Assembly: GCF_004307995.1 (NCBI RefSeq)
Contig: NZ_SIRE01000004.1
Location: forward strand, 403,309 to 467,308
Direction: 5' to 3'
DNA length: 64,000 nt
DNA from: Paenibacillus thalictri
GTDB lineage: Bacteria; Bacillota; Bacilli; Paenibacillales; NBRC-103111
Below the pieces are notes generated by a model. It ran no database searches. It worked only from the letters and a program-made list of their open reading frames with translations, and was not told the origin of the DNA. Positions 11,068-22,400 of this stretch are shown piece by piece (within the stretch, counting starts at the first letter, position 1; each line of letters opens with the position of its first letter). The translations under genes and the position numbers were made by a program.

Positions 11068-11164
11068 TGAAGGATACCGCCAACATTCTGTAACATTCTT
11101 GGAATCCGCGATTGCGTGCAATGACATAACATACTTTCTCGTATGATTATTAACCGAATCTGGA

Positions 11165-12784
11165 TTATTTTTTGGTGAACTGATTCCGGTAATCTAGAGG
11201 ATTCATGCCTATATACCTTTTGAATTGTCTGGAGAAGTAATTCGAGTCGGCAAAACCTACCCTTTCGGCGATTTCGTAAGTTCGCAGATCGGAATTGCGC
11301 AGCAGCTGTTCGGCTTGCTCCAAGCGGTACTTCGTCAAATAATCGATCAGATTTTCGCCGGTTTCTTTTTTATAAAGGTGGCTGAGGTAAGATTCGGACA
11401 GCCCAATCGAAGCTGCAATATCCGAAACTGTGATTTTTTGGCGATAATTGCGATTTATATAAGCTTGTGCTTCTCTTATTTCCGAGCGCATCGTCTTACC
11501 TGCTTGCTCCTTGTAGAAATCGATGTAAAATCCGATCCAACCGAGAAACCACATCTGCATCTCCGCCAAAGTGTCGATATTTCGAATGGCTTCGCTTGGG
11601 TGATATCCCTGAAATTCCGGAAGGTCGATCAGAGATAACCCTACCCGCTTCAACTGCCTGGAAAAAGGCAGCATCAAATCGTCAAAAAACACTCTTACTC
11701 TCCGTACTTCAACCGTTTGGTTCAGGCTGCGCTCCATAATGCCGCGCACGATCCGCTGCAGCGATTCCTTGTCTTCCAACAGCAATTGATGTTCGATATG
11801 TTTAACTTCTTCTTCGGTTAAAGAAATAACTTGATCCGGATCGGTCGCCGCCTCATCGCTTGTTACAATGGCCGGCTCGGAAAAATAAAACGTGTACTCC
11901 AAAGCAAGAATGGCCAGACGATAAATTTCGGCAAACGCCGGAGGAATCGCCAAACGATGGGCAATGCCGATAGAAACGGAAAACTTCAAGTATTGGCCGA
12001 CCGAAACTCGGATCCGATCCGCAATGACTCGCGACTGCGACTCCCATACTGCAAGCTCGGCGCAATTGAAGAGCAGTACAACAATCCCCTGATCATCAAC
12101 AACAACATCGCCGCCTCCTTCCGTCCGTAATATCTCCAAAGCTATGTTGGATACGGCGAAGGTGGTCAAATCCTTATTTGCGAGTGACTTCGGATGATGT
12201 TCCTTGTCCAACCCGCGAATGCGAATCGCCATCAAACCGATGCTGTCCCGCAGCGGAATAACCCAATCTTTCACAGCGGCAGCCCACTGCTCCGGTGTAT
12301 GCAGCTTTCCTTCCAAGGCGTCAACGATCATCTTTCGCCTCATCACCTGCGAACTGACATGAATCATCTGCGATTTTTGCGCTTCCGATTGTTCGGCTTC
12401 CTTTCGTTTAAGCAGGTTGTCCCGCACGCGGGTCAACAGGGTTTGCAGCTCTTGCGGCTGCATGGAAAGCTTCAGAATATAATCGACGGCACCCAGCTTC
12501 AAGGCTTGTTGGACATATTCAAAATCGTGATGCACGCTCAGGATGATTACCTGAATTTGCGGGTACGTTTCCCGCAATTGTTTCATCAATTCGATGCCGT
12601 TCATGACCGGCATCTGAATATCGGTCAGGACAACATCCGGCACGTACTGGCCGATTAACTCCAAGGCCTGCAAGCCGTTCGCCGCTTCCCCGATCAGTTC
12701 ATATCCCAGCGCCGACCATGGGATCATGGATTTGATACCTACACGAACGATCATCTCGTCTTCGACAATCAAAGCCTTAAGCAT
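11165..12784 (-). CDS. Two-component response regulator, CheY-like receiver + AraC-type HTH (YesN-like)
   Basis: N-terminal receiver (LIVEDE...D in the DIQMP motif) and C-terminal AraC HTH (ITVSDIAASIGLSESYLSHLYKKETGENLIDYL). Confidence 0.85.
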   Translation of the reverse strand: MLKALIVEDEMIVRVGIKSMIPWSALGYELIGEAANGLQALELIGQYVPDVVLTDIQMPVMNGIELMKQLRETYPQIQVIILSVHHDFEYVQQALKLGAVDYILKLSMQPQELQTLLTRVRDNLLKRKEAEQSEAQKSQMIHVSSQVMRRKMIVDALEGKLHTPEQWAAAVKDWVIPLRDSIGLMAIRIRGLDKEHHPKSLANKDLTTFAVSNIALEILRTEGGGDVVVDDQGIVVLLFNCAELAVWESQSRVIADRIRVSVGQYLKFSVSIGIAHRLAIPPAFAEIYRLAILALEYTFYFSEPAIVTSDEAATDPDQVISLTEEEVKHIEHQLLLEDKESLQRIVRGIMERSLNQTVEVRRVRVFFDDLMLPFSRQLKRVGLSLIDLPEFQGYHPSEAIRNIDTLAEMQMWFLGWIGFYIDFYKEQAGKTMRSEIREAQAYINRNYRQKITVSDIAASIGLSESYLSHLYKKETGENLIDYLTKYRLEQAEQLLRNSDLRTYEIAERVGFADSNYFSRQFKRYIGMNPLDYRNQFTKK

Positions 12785-14588
12785 GTTCCAACGTCGCTCC
12801 TTTCATAGGCAATCGAATCGTTACCGTCGTGCCCTCATCCAGCTGACTTGCAATGCGCAGGCCATATTCAGGCCCGTAATGCCACTGAATCCGGTCATGA
12901 ACATTTTTCAGTCCGATGCCCGAAATTTGGGATTCGCCAGGCTGGTCCGGCCGATCAAACTGCAGCATTTTCATGCGTTCGGGGGTTATCCCTGCCCCGT
13001 TGTCTTCTACCGACAGCAGGAAGTCGTTTCCTTCCGCACGCCCGCGCAGTCGGATTTCTCCCTGAGCCGCCCCGTCCTTGAACCCGTGCCGGATACTGTT
13101 CTCCACAATAGGCTGCAGCGTCAGCTTCGGTACAAGCAGCTCTTTAGACATTTCAGGCAGTTCTAACCGCAGCGTATAGTTATTGTTAAACCTCATATTT
13201 TGCAAATCCATATAAAGCTGCAGATGCTCAAGTTCCTCACGAACCGTTACCAGATCTTCCTGATGCTGAAACGTAATCTCGAGCAATCTCCCCAATCTGG
13301 ACACCATCTCTGCGACATGGGATGCGCCGCTCATGTAGGCCGTCCACTTTATAGTATTTAATGTGTTAAATAAGAAGTGGGGATTAATCTGCGCTTGCTG
13401 CGCCTGAAACAGGGCAGCTTCTTTCTTTTTCCGCTCCTCTTTATTCCTTTCGATGCTTTCCCCCAGCCGCCGCACCATCTGATTAAACTGCTGGGTTAGA
13501 AATTTCACTTCGAAGGGGCCAGATAACCGAACGCGGATATCCAGATTGCCGCTGTCCAGCGCTTGAATTGAATGCGTAAGCCGGCTAAGCGGCTTAGTAA
13601 TCAGCAGCGAGAACAACGAAATCAGCACAATAAACAAAGCTGCAAAAAGTCCGGCGATCAGGAACAGGTTGGATTGCGCTTTCGCCAGCCGCTCCCGCAA
13701 TACGCTCTGATCATAATACATCGTCAGCTTCCAGTTGAAATTAGGCAGCTTATAACCCATGAAATACCCTGGCTGGCCTTTGAACTGCACTTCCGTTTCC
13801 CTGCGATCCTGAGAGGCTTGCAGCAGTTCGCTCGGAAGCTGCTGCCCAATCATGGAGCGATCATTGGAAATAAAAACCGTGCCATTTTCCGCGAGTACAT
13901 AATAAAGATTGCCGAAATCCTGCTGAATTTCCTGCGCGCTCAGGAAAGCGGAAGTACGCAATTGAAACAGCAATATGAGCTGATGATCGTTTACGGAACC
14001 AAACTTCAGCATTCGCGCCATTGAGAGATAGGATTCATGTTTCTCGGCAAAATCCGCATTACGCGGGGAGGCAAACCAATAAACGTAACCGTTTGCTTCG
14101 ACGGTATTCCGATACCAGTCCAGATCCTGAATTTGTGCGATTGATTTGGAATCGGTTAACGATGCTGTGCTGTAAATAATCCCCCTGGTATCGATTAATG
14201 TAATTTCGCCTTCTCCGGGAAGGATATAATTTTTGACATCCGTCAGCTTGGATACGACTTCCTGAATCAATTGATTGCGAATGTACGCATCGTTTTTCCA
14301 ATTATCGTATTGCCCGGTAATTTCGTTAATCCGCTTGTCCAATCCGATTAAATTCGAGGCGGACAACATTTGGTCGATCATCTTTTCGATACTGTTGCTT
14401 TTTGTTTCCAGCGTCTGGACATGTGTCTGAAACACTTCTTCTTTTAAAGCATTTTGCGTGGACAGGTTATAAACGATCAAGAGGATAGCCAGTGGCACCA
14501 GCACAAACAAAATCAGCAGCTGGAGAATACGCGACAGGATCGTTTGAGTGGAGCGATGCAATTTCTGTGAATACATGAGGATATACAC
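12777..14588 (-). CDS. Sensor histidine kinase (LytS/YesM family; two TM segments, HAMP, His_kinase, HATPase)
   Basis: His-kinase motif QINPHFLFNTLNTIKW and HATPase motifs (DNGAGI, GIGLKNV). Overlaps the response regulator start by 8 nt, indicating an operon. Confidence 0.85.
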   Translation of the reverse strand: MYILMYSQKLHRSTQTILSRILQLLILFVLVPLAILLIVYNLSTQNALKEEVFQTHVQTLETKSNSIEKMIDQMLSASNLIGLDKRINEITGQYDNWKNDAYIRNQLIQEVVSKLTDVKNYILPGEGEITLIDTRGIIYSTASLTDSKSIAQIQDLDWYRNTVEANGYVYWFASPRNADFAEKHESYLSMARMLKFGSVNDHQLILLFQLRTSAFLSAQEIQQDFGNLYYVLAENGTVFISNDRSMIGQQLPSELLQASQDRRETEVQFKGQPGYFMGYKLPNFNWKLTMYYDQSVLRERLAKAQSNLFLIAGLFAALFIVLISLFSLLITKPLSRLTHSIQALDSGNLDIRVRLSGPFEVKFLTQQFNQMVRRLGESIERNKEERKKKEAALFQAQQAQINPHFLFNTLNTIKWTAYMSGASHVAEMVSRLGRLLEITFQHQEDLVTVREELEHLQLYMDLQNMRFNNNYTLRLELPEMSKELLVPKLTLQPIVENSIRHGFKDGAAQGEIRLRGRAEGNDFLLSVEDNGAGITPERMKMLQFDRPDQPGESQISGIGLKNVHDRIQWHYGPEYGLRIASQLDEGTTVTIRLPMKGATLEHA

Positions 14589-14667
14589 CTCCGAAACCGA
14601 ACAGAATCGTCGTCAGTATAGCAAAAAGAGCCGCCCTAAAGCGACCCTTATTTTTGATGCAACGCCA

Positions 14668-16083
14668 TCATTCCCCAGCCGCCGGTTCGATCAGCCGGTG
14701 CTTATACCACTTCTCGCCGCGGAAGCGCCATAAGAAGATGGCCCCGCGCACGCCCCATTCGCTTTGCATCGCCACCCATACGCCGATGACTCCGAAACCT
14801 AACACGATGCCGAAAATATAACCAAACACCACCCTGAACAGCCACATCGACAACATCGCTGTAATGGAGGTGAATTTGGAATCGCCCGCCGCTCTGAGTG
14901 CTGAAGGCAGCAGGAAGCTGATCGGCCAAAACACCACCTGGACCACCGAATTAATCAGAATGATGACATAAATATTGTGCACAATATCGGCCGGTGGATG
15001 GAACAAACCGACAATCGGCTGAAATAAAGGAACCATGATCAGCGCCATCAGCACAAAAGAAGCGGAAGACAACCACAGAAACGATCTTGTAAATTTCCGG
15101 GCATCCCGGATGTTCCGCCGCCCTATACATTGGCCCACAACCGTTACCGTACAAATCGACAACGCCATAGAGGGAATTTGAAACACGACGGCAAGCGATG
15201 AACTGATCGCATTGGTTGCTATGGCATGAGTGCCAAGCCCCACTATAAACACCTGGGTCAAAATTTTCCCGCCGTTAAAAAACATCTGCTCCGCCGCTAA
15301 CGGCAGCCCGATATACAATATCTTTTTGAGCATGGACAACTTTATATGAATCATTTCTTTGATCTGGATACGCAAACTGGTGTCCAGGCGCATCAAATAA
15401 TAAATCGCGCAGGCCGCGCCTAAATATCTGGCTATGTTCGCCGCAATGACCATACCCAGCACACCCATATCCAAAACCTTGATAAAAACGATATTTAATA
15501 GAACATAAGAGAGGTTCATAATAAGCGACAGCGTCATGGACACCCTTGTTCTGCCGATCCCTCTGAGCGAACCGTTGACGGATTCGATGATTGCAATAGC
15601 CAGATAAGACATGCCGCTTCCGATCAAATACAGCCGGGCATGCTCGAACACATCCGCTTCCGCCGTCCCGAACAACGCATTGAGAACCGGACTGAAGCCT
15701 AAAATCACAACCAGAGCGATGCAGATCGCAAGCAAGGAAACAGAGGAAACCGTGCTTGCCGCGGCTTTCGACACCATCGGGGCGTTGCCGCTCCCCTTGT
15801 ATTGGGCGACCACAACCGTTCCCCCGGTCGAAATCGCGACAAATACGCCAATCAGAAACATGTTGACCGAGTCGATCATATTGACTGCGCTGACTGCCGC
15901 CACACCCGAGGAGCTAATCATCGCCGTATTCATCATGTTAAGGCAAGCCATAAAAGCCTGATCGATGAGCACGGGCAAAAATAGCGAAAGGACTTGCCGG
16001 TAATCGATCGATTCACCGGAAAAATGGGTTTCCAAAAATGCGTGCAGTCTGGCCTTCATATGAGATGGAATCACATTCGTCAC
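14668..16083 (-). CDS. MATE family efflux transporter
   Basis: 471 aa, 12 TM-like segments, MATE-type N-terminal region (LSLFLPVLIDQAFMACLNMMNTAMIS). Confidence 0.75.
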   Translation of the reverse strand: MTNVIPSHMKARLHAFLETHFSGESIDYRQVLSLFLPVLIDQAFMACLNMMNTAMISSSGVAAVSAVNMIDSVNMFLIGVFVAISTGGTVVVAQYKGSGNAPMVSKAAASTVSSVSLLAICIALVVILGFSPVLNALFGTAEADVFEHARLYLIGSGMSYLAIAIIESVNGSLRGIGRTRVSMTLSLIMNLSYVLLNIVFIKVLDMGVLGMVIAANIARYLGAACAIYYLMRLDTSLRIQIKEMIHIKLSMLKKILYIGLPLAAEQMFFNGGKILTQVFIVGLGTHAIATNAISSSLAVVFQIPSMALSICTVTVVGQCIGRRNIRDARKFTRSFLWLSSASFVLMALIMVPLFQPIVGLFHPPADIVHNIYVIILINSVVQVVFWPISFLLPSALRAAGDSKFTSITAMLSMWLFRVVFGYIFGIVLGFGVIGVWVAMQSEWGVRGAIFLWRFRGEKWYKHRLIEPAAGE

Positions 16084-16107
16084 ATTCTTTTTGTTATATT
16101 TGAACTG

Positions 16108-17337
16108 CTAATCTGTCTTAAATGTACGCAATCTGCGAAGCGATGGGAATAAGTACATCCAGAGGCCGGCAACCGCTATCGTGCCGATGCCTCCGATCAG
16201 CGTGGCGGGTACAGCCCCGAAGAATCCGGCCAATGTCCCCGATTCGAATTCTCCCAGCTGATTGGACGTGCCGACAAAAAGCGAATTCACGGCGCTTACC
16301 CTGCCCCGCATCTCGTTAGGCGTGTTTAATTGGACAAGCGTAGAGCGAATAACCACGCTGATGACGTCCGATGCGCCAAGCACAAACAAAGCAAACAGCG
16401 ATAACATCAAACTGGTCGACAGCGCAAACAAAATCGTCGCCGCTCCAAATATGCCCAAAGCGCCGAACAAAATCGGCCCCAGCGCCCGCTTCAGCGTATA
16501 ATGTGCGAGCACCAGCGACATCAAGAGCGCCCCGACAGCCGGAGCCGAACGCAGCAGCCCCAAGCCCCACGGGCCCGTATGTAAGATGTCTTTCGTAAAG
16601 ATAGGCAGCAGAGCCGTTGCTCCGCCCAACAAAACCGCAAACAAATCCAGCGAAATCGTGCCCAATATGACCTTATTGCGGAACACAAACACCAATCCCG
16701 AAAAAACCGAGTTCATCGCCAGCGGTTCTATTTTCCGTTCGACACGCTCCATGCGGATCAAGAAGACAAGCACACCCGCGCACAACAACGCGACGGCCGA
16801 CGTCGCGTAAACATAGGTGGCCCCAAGCGAAAAAAGCAAGCCCCCCAACGACGGTCCGAGAATTTGCGCGGTTTGACCGGCCGAGGCGGACCATGCGGAT
16901 GCTTGCGGTAATAATGATTTGGGCACGAGCTCCGGCACAAGCGCGGACATCGTTGGTCCCTCAAAAGCGCGGCAGGCTCCGATGACGGCGGCGGCCAGCA
17001 ATATTTGTTCACGGCCGAGCCAACCGGCATGACTGCCGAAGACAAGCAGCACAGCGACGATTCCTTCGAATAGCTGGCATATAGCCACGACTTTTCGGCG
17101 GTCAAAGCGGTCTGCTACCTGGCCGACAACCAAAGTAAGCAGCAGCATCGGTACAAACTGGGCTAGTCCCACAAGGCCTAAGCTGAAGGCATCTTCGGTC
17201 AATGCATACATCTGCCACGCAATTGCAACAGACAGCATCTGAAAGGATGTCGTCGATAAAATCCGCGCCGCCCATGATTTGGCGAACGCCGGCTGCCGAA
17301 TAACGGATTCACTAGATTGCGACAAAATACAGTTCAC
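16108..17337 (-). CDS. MFS transporter
   Basis: 409 aa polytopic protein with an MFS signature around GQVADRFDRRKV. Confidence 0.75.
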   Translation of the reverse strand: MNCILSQSSESVIRQPAFAKSWAARILSTTSFQMLSVAIAWQMYALTEDAFSLGLVGLAQFVPMLLLTLVVGQVADRFDRRKVVAICQLFEGIVAVLLVFGSHAGWLGREQILLAAAVIGACRAFEGPTMSALVPELVPKSLLPQASAWSASAGQTAQILGPSLGGLLFSLGATYVYATSAVALLCAGVLVFLIRMERVERKIEPLAMNSVFSGLVFVFRNKVILGTISLDLFAVLLGGATALLPIFTKDILHTGPWGLGLLRSAPAVGALLMSLVLAHYTLKRALGPILFGALGIFGAATILFALSTSLMLSLFALFVLGASDVISVVIRSTLVQLNTPNEMRGRVSAVNSLFVGTSNQLGEFESGTLAGFFGAVPATLIGGIGTIAVAGLWMYLFPSLRRLRTFKTD

Positions 17338-17453
17338 GACCTTTCAGTAGGCATGCCTCTTTTTTACAAAATCTACGCATTTCCTAGTTTAGCATAGATG
17401 GAAGCGTTTGTGCCCTACAAAAAAGCCGAAAATGAACAGTACCTGACGGTCGG

Positions 17454-18221
17454 TCAATCCAGATGATTCGGGTTCTGCTCCTCCAGGGGCAGCGCTTCTT
17501 GATAACGAAGCGGCCTTTTTCTTTTTCTTAACATGGCAAACGCGATCATGAGGAGCACAACGACAAAAATAACCACTATAATGATGACGTTGGTTACATT
17601 GAATACTTTGGCTTTTAAGATGATTTCGTTTTTCGATCCGGGTACCAGATCCCACTGGTAGGTCTTCTGATCTCCCAGCAGCCGGGTGGCGTTCTGTTCC
17701 TCTGCCGCTATCGGCAGCGTTAACGTGAACTTCAGGTCAATTTGGCTGAGCAGCGCTTTTTGAATACCCATCGCATCGTTTGTATCCGGCTTCATACTGC
17801 CGAGGTCCATAACGCCTTTGTAGCTGTAGGTGTTGTACAGCAATCCCTTCTGAACGTCGACTTTCATACTGTTATCGCCCTTCGCGAAGCTGGCGTTAAT
17901 ATCGTTCATCGGGCCTACCGATGTAAGCTCGTTTACGTTGTTCTGATGTTTTTTGGCGATGACCCCCACATATTCGCCTTCCCGGTATTGAGTGACAGTA
18001 AACCCTTGCTTTTCAAAACCTTGCTTGATCTGTTGAATCGGTTCCTGCGCATCTTTGCCGGCTGACATCAAACCGGCGAGCGCCCCGTTCATGCCCAGCT
18101 TGTATTCGAGGTCAGCTGAACTGTCCGCGTTCACCGTGACGTGAAAGTCACCTTTTACACAGCCGCTGAGCAAACACAGCAGGACCACTGCGATGAATCC
18201 CATCAATAATTTCTTTTTCAC
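17454..18221 (-). CDS. Lipoprotein of unknown function with a C-terminal TM anchor. Start re-assigned to GTG at 18221.
   Basis: GGGGGG RBS sits 7 nt upstream of the GTG. The resulting N-terminus MKKKLLMGFIAVVLLCLLSGC is a canonical lipoprotein signal. The C-terminus VIIIVVIFVVVLLMIAFAMLRKRKR forms a TM helix. Confidence 0.5.
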   Translation of the reverse strand: MKKKLLMGFIAVVLLCLLSGCVKGDFHVTVNADSSADLEYKLGMNGALAGLMSAGKDAQEPIQQIKQGFEKQGFTVTQYREGEYVGVIAKKHQNNVNELTSVGPMNDINASFAKGDNSMKVDVQKGLLYNTYSYKGVMDLGSMKPDTNDAMGIQKALLSQIDLKFTLTLPIAAEEQNATRLLGDQKTYQWDLVPGSKNEIILKAKVFNVTNVIIIVVIFVVVLLMIAFAMLRKRKRPLRYQEALPLEEQNPNHLD

Positions 18222-18298
18222 CGAGCATCCCCCCAAATTTTAGATAATGATCAAAATAATTGTAATTATATATGAGAAGGTTGAATTTGAATATATAG

Positions 18299-19213
18299 TT
18301 AGGGAGTATACGTTACGGCCTGCTTGCCCAGCTGTTCCCAGCTGTCGATAAAAGCTTGCTTCTCTGCTTGCTCCGCCTGTTTCCCCGTAAGCGGATTGTT
18401 GACGTACACGTAATCATCGTCGTACCCTACTAACAGAACGGCGTGTTCTTCAAAGGTGGCGTTGATCGTCCCGCCCGCTTGAGTGTGCCACTGCTGCCAA
18501 TCATCCACAGGCTCAAAACTTGAGGTGGTCCAAAGGATAACCGGGCGATCCGACAAAATCTGCTTTTCAACTTCTTGAAAATCGCTCCCTGACAAATCGA
18601 GAGCATGTCCATGATCTATCCGGTTCAGCAGGTCTTTAATCGGCGTATGATAAACGCCGTAACCCATCTCTACGCCCGTAATATCTCCGACAAATCCAAT
18701 GTCAGGGTCCCCCCATTCCACGACGGAACCGTCCGAATCGGTGCGGAGCGGCGTTTCGTCCTTGTCCAGCATGCGAATGAGCTCTTGTCTGTCGTAAGGA
18801 AGCTGCAAGTAGCTCGACAGCATAGCCAAACTCGTAATCTCGCAGCCATTCTCATATTCGGGATATTGGGACATAGCCGGAACGTCGATAATATGTTTCA
18901 CTGCGATCGGGTTAGCCGGAACTCCTCCATCAACCGGAGAACGAGTGGCTGCAGCGGCAAGATCTTGCGATTGCGGTTCGCCTGATCCGGCAGGTTCAGC
19001 CTCCACCGGCTGCTTCAGCTCCCGTGGCATCTGTGTGCGGCCGTCCTGTGCTATCTGTGTGCGGCCGGTTTCGGCGATTTCTTGTGGCGCATTCGCTTCC
19101 TCATGCCAAACAATGGGCGTACCTCTCTTTGCCGTATCGGAACATGCCGTGCTGAACAGAATTAAGGCAACTATGGCTATTAATTGCAGCTTTTTCATCA
19201 TTCTCCCTGCCAT
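18299..19213 (-). CDS. Lipoprotein, C39-like peptidase domain (YvpB-like). Likely start at internal Met (MMKKLQLIAIVALILFSTAC).
   Basis: Lipobox LFSTAC; C-terminal region with Cys/His-containing peptidase_C39_2-like block (ENGCEITSLAM...HAVLLVGYDDDYVYVNNP). Carries an internal short tandem repeat GRTQIAQDGRTQMP. Confidence 0.55.
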   Translation of the reverse strand: MAGRMMKKLQLIAIVALILFSTACSDTAKRGTPIVWHEEANAPQEIAETGRTQIAQDGRTQMPRELKQPVEAEPAGSGEPQSQDLAAAATRSPVDGGVPANPIAVKHIIDVPAMSQYPEYENGCEITSLAMLSSYLQLPYDRQELIRMLDKDETPLRTDSDGSVVEWGDPDIGFVGDITGVEMGYGVYHTPIKDLLNRIDHGHALDLSGSDFQEVEKQILSDRPVILWTTSSFEPVDDWQQWHTQAGGTINATFEEHAVLLVGYDDDYVYVNNPLTGKQAEQAEKQAFIDSWEQLGKQAVTYTP

Positions 19214-19373
19214 GACTTCGGATTTAATATCATCTTATTTTTCTCAAGTCTAGCAGAAGTCCGTTTATTGCATCAATATCCATTTCTCGCACTTCTTCTA
19301 CACCACCGCTAACCATTTCTCAATTGTTACGCGGCTCGCTATTCCCCCCTCCTAAATTTACCTGCAAAAAAAG

Positions 19374-19424
19374 ACCTGCAATCTGCGGCTCCAATAAAGG
19401 AACAAGCAGATTACAGGCCTTGAA
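19374..19424 (-). terminator. Rho-independent terminator downstream of the SLH giant gene
   Basis: Minus-sense CCTGTAATCTGC...GCAGATTGCAGG hairpin followed by TCTTTTTTTG. Confidence 0.55.
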
Positions 19425-19490
19425 CAATCACTTCGCCTTTGGATACATTTTGCAGATCAGGCCAAGGTATGCAGTTTTTTGCACCAAAAT

Positions 19491-22400
19491 TTACGGTTTC
19501 ATCGTTTTAACGATCACGGATACCGCTTCGGCGCGTGTCGCATTGGCTTTCGGCTTAAACGTACCGTCCGGATAGCCGTCAACGACATGACTTGCAGCTG
19601 CCGACCCAACTGCGGCTTTCGCCCAATCGGAGATAGCGGAGCTATCCGTATATGCATTAGTTCCTGTTGTGGAAGGCAGCTTCGCCGCCCGCACCGTCAT
19701 CGCCGCCATTTGCTCGCGGGTGATGCGATCATCCGGGCCGAAGGAGCTATCGCTATAACCGGAGATAATTTCGTATGCCGCCGCGGTTTCAATGTATTTG
19801 CGCGCCCAATGGCTTTGCGTATCGGCAAATACGGTGCCGCTCTTCTCCTGCAGCTTGAACGCTTTGACCAGAATCGCCGCAAATTCCGCACGGGTGATAG
19901 TCCGGTCCGGTCCGAAGCTGTTGTCGGGATATCCTTCAATTGCCCCGGCCTTAATCAGCTCGCGGATGTTTTGTTCCGCCCAGTGGCCGGCAATATCCGA
20001 TAAATTCAGCTCAGCGGAAGGCGTTGCCGGAGTGGTGCCCGACACTTGCTTCTCCACGGTCAATACGGCAAATTTGCCGAAATGGTCGACCGTTCCAGTC
20101 ACCACCGCTTGTGCCGTATCCACGCTGGAATCTGCCAACGCATTCCACTTCATCGCGGTTTCATCAAACCAATAGACCGCAACATCCGACTTAGCCGGAT
20201 TGATTTTGGACAGATCCGCCGGGAGACTTACGGTTACCTTTTGCGTGAAAACGTCTGTTTGATCTTTGTTGATGTCAAACACTTCACTGATGAATGAACC
20301 TGGGGCATACTTTGTCAGGTCATCAAAGCCCGTCACTTTGGCTACAGTAATTCGAATGTCATTTTTGCTGGCTCCCGCCGGGATCACGATCTTCACGCCC
20401 TGATCTGTGACCGTACCGCCGTTAACGCCGCTGACCAGCGTACCGCTAATAGCCGAGGCGCCGCTGTTGGAGCTGGAATTGCTGGAAGTGTAGACTACCT
20501 GCGTATAACTTACAAATTGGGTAAAATGCTTCGTCCAGATGACCAGGTCGGAACCAACCTCGATCATCGCTTCTCCGCCGTCAACGATCTCCCGATCCGC
20601 CGCTTCTTGCGTGTCTTGACTAACCCGGTCCTTGATTGGCGTAAACACTCTGTTCTTCACAAATCCGGCCGCTTTGCCCGCCTGGTTCGGAACGAGCAGC
20701 CTAACCGCTTTATCGAAGGTCAGCGTCATATCGGGAACCCCGACTTCAATGACAGCGGCAACTACGCCGCTGCTCACAGCAACGCTGCTATTGGGCTGAA
20801 CTGCCGGCAATTTGATCACGCCGTCCCAGTTCGCAGGAGCCGTTACTTTCACGCCGCTTGGGATGTTCATGCCAATATTGCCAAGGCTCGTTGCAGCCTT
20901 CACTTCTACTAGAGGCAGTGTCGCCTGCTTGCTGTCGCCCTCTGTTACCGGAACAACCTGCATGCTCGCATTTACGACGCCTTCCGGAACATTGAGGCTA
21001 ACCGGCGCAGTAGTAAGCTGAACCGGAGTGCCGGTTACCGTCTGAGCGGCAGCTCGCGTCATTTGCAGCCTGTAGATTTTGTAATCGCCCTGCACCTGCA
21101 CTTTAATCGTAATCGTATTAACACCTTCAGCCAGAACGATTTGTTTACTGCTGGCGGCTTCGCCGTTAATTTCAATCACTGCCTGAGCATTGTCTGGTAC
21201 TGCAGTTACAGTAGTGCTGGCCACCCCGTTACCGACGCTGAGGCTATAATCTGTGGTGGCCGGCGAAAAGCTAAAGCCAATTCCATCCACCTTCAAATCT
21301 TTCAGTTTTGTGCTGTTGCCTGCCGCTCCCGAAAGCTCGCGTGTATCTCTGACACGGATGCGCGTTCCGTCCGCAAACTTTCCAAGCAAACCAACCGCTT
21401 CATAAATGTCTCCTGCAGCCAGAACTGGCACAGGCACGTTCGTTTCATTAATCACGTAACCGTCCGTAAATACGAGAACGGCGCCGCTGCCGTCATCGAT
21501 AACGTAAGAATTATCGTCATATTGGGACAACACTTGTCCTTTTACCTTAACCAACAAGCCTTGATTGGCATCCAGGCCTGCCTCTCCGGTGGAGATCGCT
21601 TTCGGCTGTACTGGGGCCGATTGGCCCAGTTTAACGACATCGGTATCGAAGGTGTTGTATTCGAGCTCAAGATTGTTCTCGAATGTTTTGATATGCCCGT
21701 ACACACGCGCTTTGTCGCCAAGCTCCAGCGATTTTTCCGGAACTTCCTTAAATGCCATAATCCCCCCGGTCGCATCCTGCAAATAGAACGCATCGAAGAA
21801 ATTGCCTGCCGGCGTTGTCACCGTGCCTTCTACGACCGCATCGGCGCCTTCCGGAAGCTTGCGGGCATCAGCAATCGTCGATACAACCGTTCCTCTGCCG
21901 GCCAGCCAGTTAAACACGTTAATGGCAAATTCATCGTTGCCGGAATTGACATCATCAAGCTGCTGATCGTTGAGCAGGTTCATGCCGGCGACAAACAGCT
22001 TGCCGGAGCCAATCTTTTCCGTCGCAATCGCCGGAATTACCGAACCGCCGGTAGTGTCGTTCACATTATCGTATACGTAGCTGCCGCCTTTAATATTGCT
22101 TTGGAATGTCGTTTCGTTACCTTTGGCGATGAGGGTCACCGTCGAGCTGTCGGTTAACGGCTGATGGCCGACCTTCTCCAAACTAGAGCCGCTGTAATAT
22201 TCCAATTCGGAAATACGGTCGGTCAAATAATTCGCAACCAACTCCGGATGCAGCCTGATCGCAAAATTGTATTTTTTCGTATCGGAGAAGAAATTGCCTT
22301 CTTTGGATTCGTCAAAAATACCGTCATTGGCAATTTGAATCGTAGATCCCATCGCAACAAGCAGGTCGTTATTGATGGTGGGATCAACGTTGAAATTGCT

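Noticed and set aside
18299-19213. Internal short tandem repeat (GRTQIAQDGRTQMP) in the C39-like lipoprotein gene as a possible contingency locus
   Set aside because: Only two imperfect units inside a low-complexity linker; more likely simple linker duplication than a phase-variable tract.
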